The translations under genes and the position numbers were made by a program. The notes under the pieces were generated by a model. That model was not told the DNA's origin, searched no databases, and saw nothing but the letters and a program-made list of their open reading frames with translations. From Lama glama (lineage: Eukaryota), in contig CM052817.1 in NCBI GenBank assembly GCA_028534125.1, positions 70,186,001 through 70,250,000 on the forward strand: a stretch of DNA of 64,000 nt, given 5' to 3'. Within the stretch, counting starts at the first letter, position 1. Each line of letters begins with the position of its first letter. Below are positions 62,501-64,000 of the stretch, piece after piece.

Positions 62501-64000
62501 TTTCACCAACCTAATAGAAACTATAATACCTCATTAGCAAAGGGTTCGACAGTGTCATCCCGAGGCATGGTGACTTCGGGCGAGGAAGAATTAGCAGGCA
62601 GGGTGAATGCTAAAGACAAGGGGCGTCCATGCTGTGTGTTACTGTAGTAATGTTCTTAGTTGTGAGATGTGGGCAGGGGAAAAATTCTAACAGGTAACCC
62701 ACACACAAGCTTATTAGAAAAGAGATACATTGCACGTAGGTAACCCACCTCCTGATTGCCTTTACACCAGTTAATAAGGAGAATGAGCTTAAGGACATTT
62801 TTCTTCAAACCTGTGGATTGAATGACTTAAGGATGAACACACTAGAATGTCATTCAGTGAGACAGTGGGATTCATGCTCCTGCAGAAATCTGGTACCTCA
62901 AAAGCTTGGGTTAGAACCTACATATATGAGGTCCGTCGGACTCTAGCATTCATCTTGTCAGATAACAATGATTTATTTAGCTCCTATAATGTGCAATATG
63001 GATTTACAAGGCTTTGGACATTCCAAAGATTAACCGATTGAAAAAATTATCCTGAGAGGAATCTGTGCCATCTATTCTGCTCCTGTGATCCTTTCAAAGA
63101 TTGGCAAAAATGAGCTTACTTCTGTTTCTCCTGGGCTAGGAATACCATCAGTTCCAACGGCAGAGCAGCATTCTGCCTTAATATCTAGCTGCCATCTTTA
63201 AAAGCAAAGAGATTTATATTAAAACATGCATGTGGGGAATTCCTAGACCTGTCATCTGTTCTCCTGATTACTCCTGGCAGTAGACACATGTTGTCGTCCA
63301 AGAGCCAACTGCACCTGTGTGAGGAGAGTACACCTCACAGGTGAGTGAGGGTTGCTTCCTGAAGAAGGGATGGGGGGTGTTAAAAAAAAAGAAAGGATGG
63401 CGCCCTGATAGACTCCTTTGAAAGATACTAACCCTTTTAGAACCTTGAGACCTCAACAGCAGATAAATATTTTTCCTAATAAGTGCCCAGAGGGAAAATG
63501 TTATGTATTTTACTTTCTTCAGGATCCAAACTCAGCTGCAGGCTGAACTCTCTCAAAAAGTTTCAAAAGAAAGGCAAGCCAAAATGTGCAGGCATACCAC
63601 CAAGCTCCTATAACTCTTCCAGTTGTGGCCTTGAAACAGAGCACAGGGGGCCCAGAAGAAGAGGGAGAGAGAGTTGGCAAGACCAGTGCCTGGCTGACTA
63701 GTCTTTTCTTCTGAGTCAACGTGCTCTGGTTTACTTCGCCACCCCATATTTAAGGGAGTTAAAAGAATAATACACAAATGGAAGGAAGTTGATAATATTC
63801 GGATTTCATTCACTTAAAGATGGGTGAGGATATTACCTATGCAAAATTATAGCTCGCATAAGATTTATAAGATGGCACACTGAACATTGTTCATACTTTA
63901 TTTAAAAATCTTAGTCTATGATCACAAAGAAACTTTAAATTGAATATACAAGCCAACATTAATAATACTTTAATTTTAAAATACCAGCACTATATATATA

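Noticed and set aside
1..64000. CRISPR arrays, operons, defence systems or other prokaryotic-type systems
   Set aside because: The sequence is mammalian and repeat-rich, with no regularly spaced repeat-spacer arrays and no dense long ORFs.

Overview
This window is mammalian genomic DNA, not prokaryotic: it has no operons, rRNA or CRISPR. It is most likely camelid (alpaca/llama/camel), judged from two tRNA-derived SINEs of the camelid Vic-1 type, artiodactyl-type L1 3' ends and a short Tigger1 deletion derivative. The window is essentially non-coding. A possible last coding exon plus a ~1.6 kb 3'UTR of an unidentified + strand gene lies at the left edge (~117-1870). The remaining ~62 kb is intergenic or intronic DNA dense in L1, L2, MIR and DNA-transposon fossils. 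The main structured element is a decayed ERVL-class provirus (LTR16-like 5' LTR plus gag/pro/RT/RNaseH/IN remnants, ~39.2-43.3 kb). It carries a nested insertion: an L1 inside a ~150 bp TTAGGG-ended segment whose diverged inverted twin lies 1.4 kb away. Several repeat-free, motif-rich blocks look like enhancers, the best at ~49.9-50.9 kb. Nearly all listed ORFs are chance ORFs or transposon remnants. I found no convincing intact novel gene system. Repeat family names are from memory of consensus sequences, and boundaries are approximate unless target-site duplications (TSDs) are quoted.
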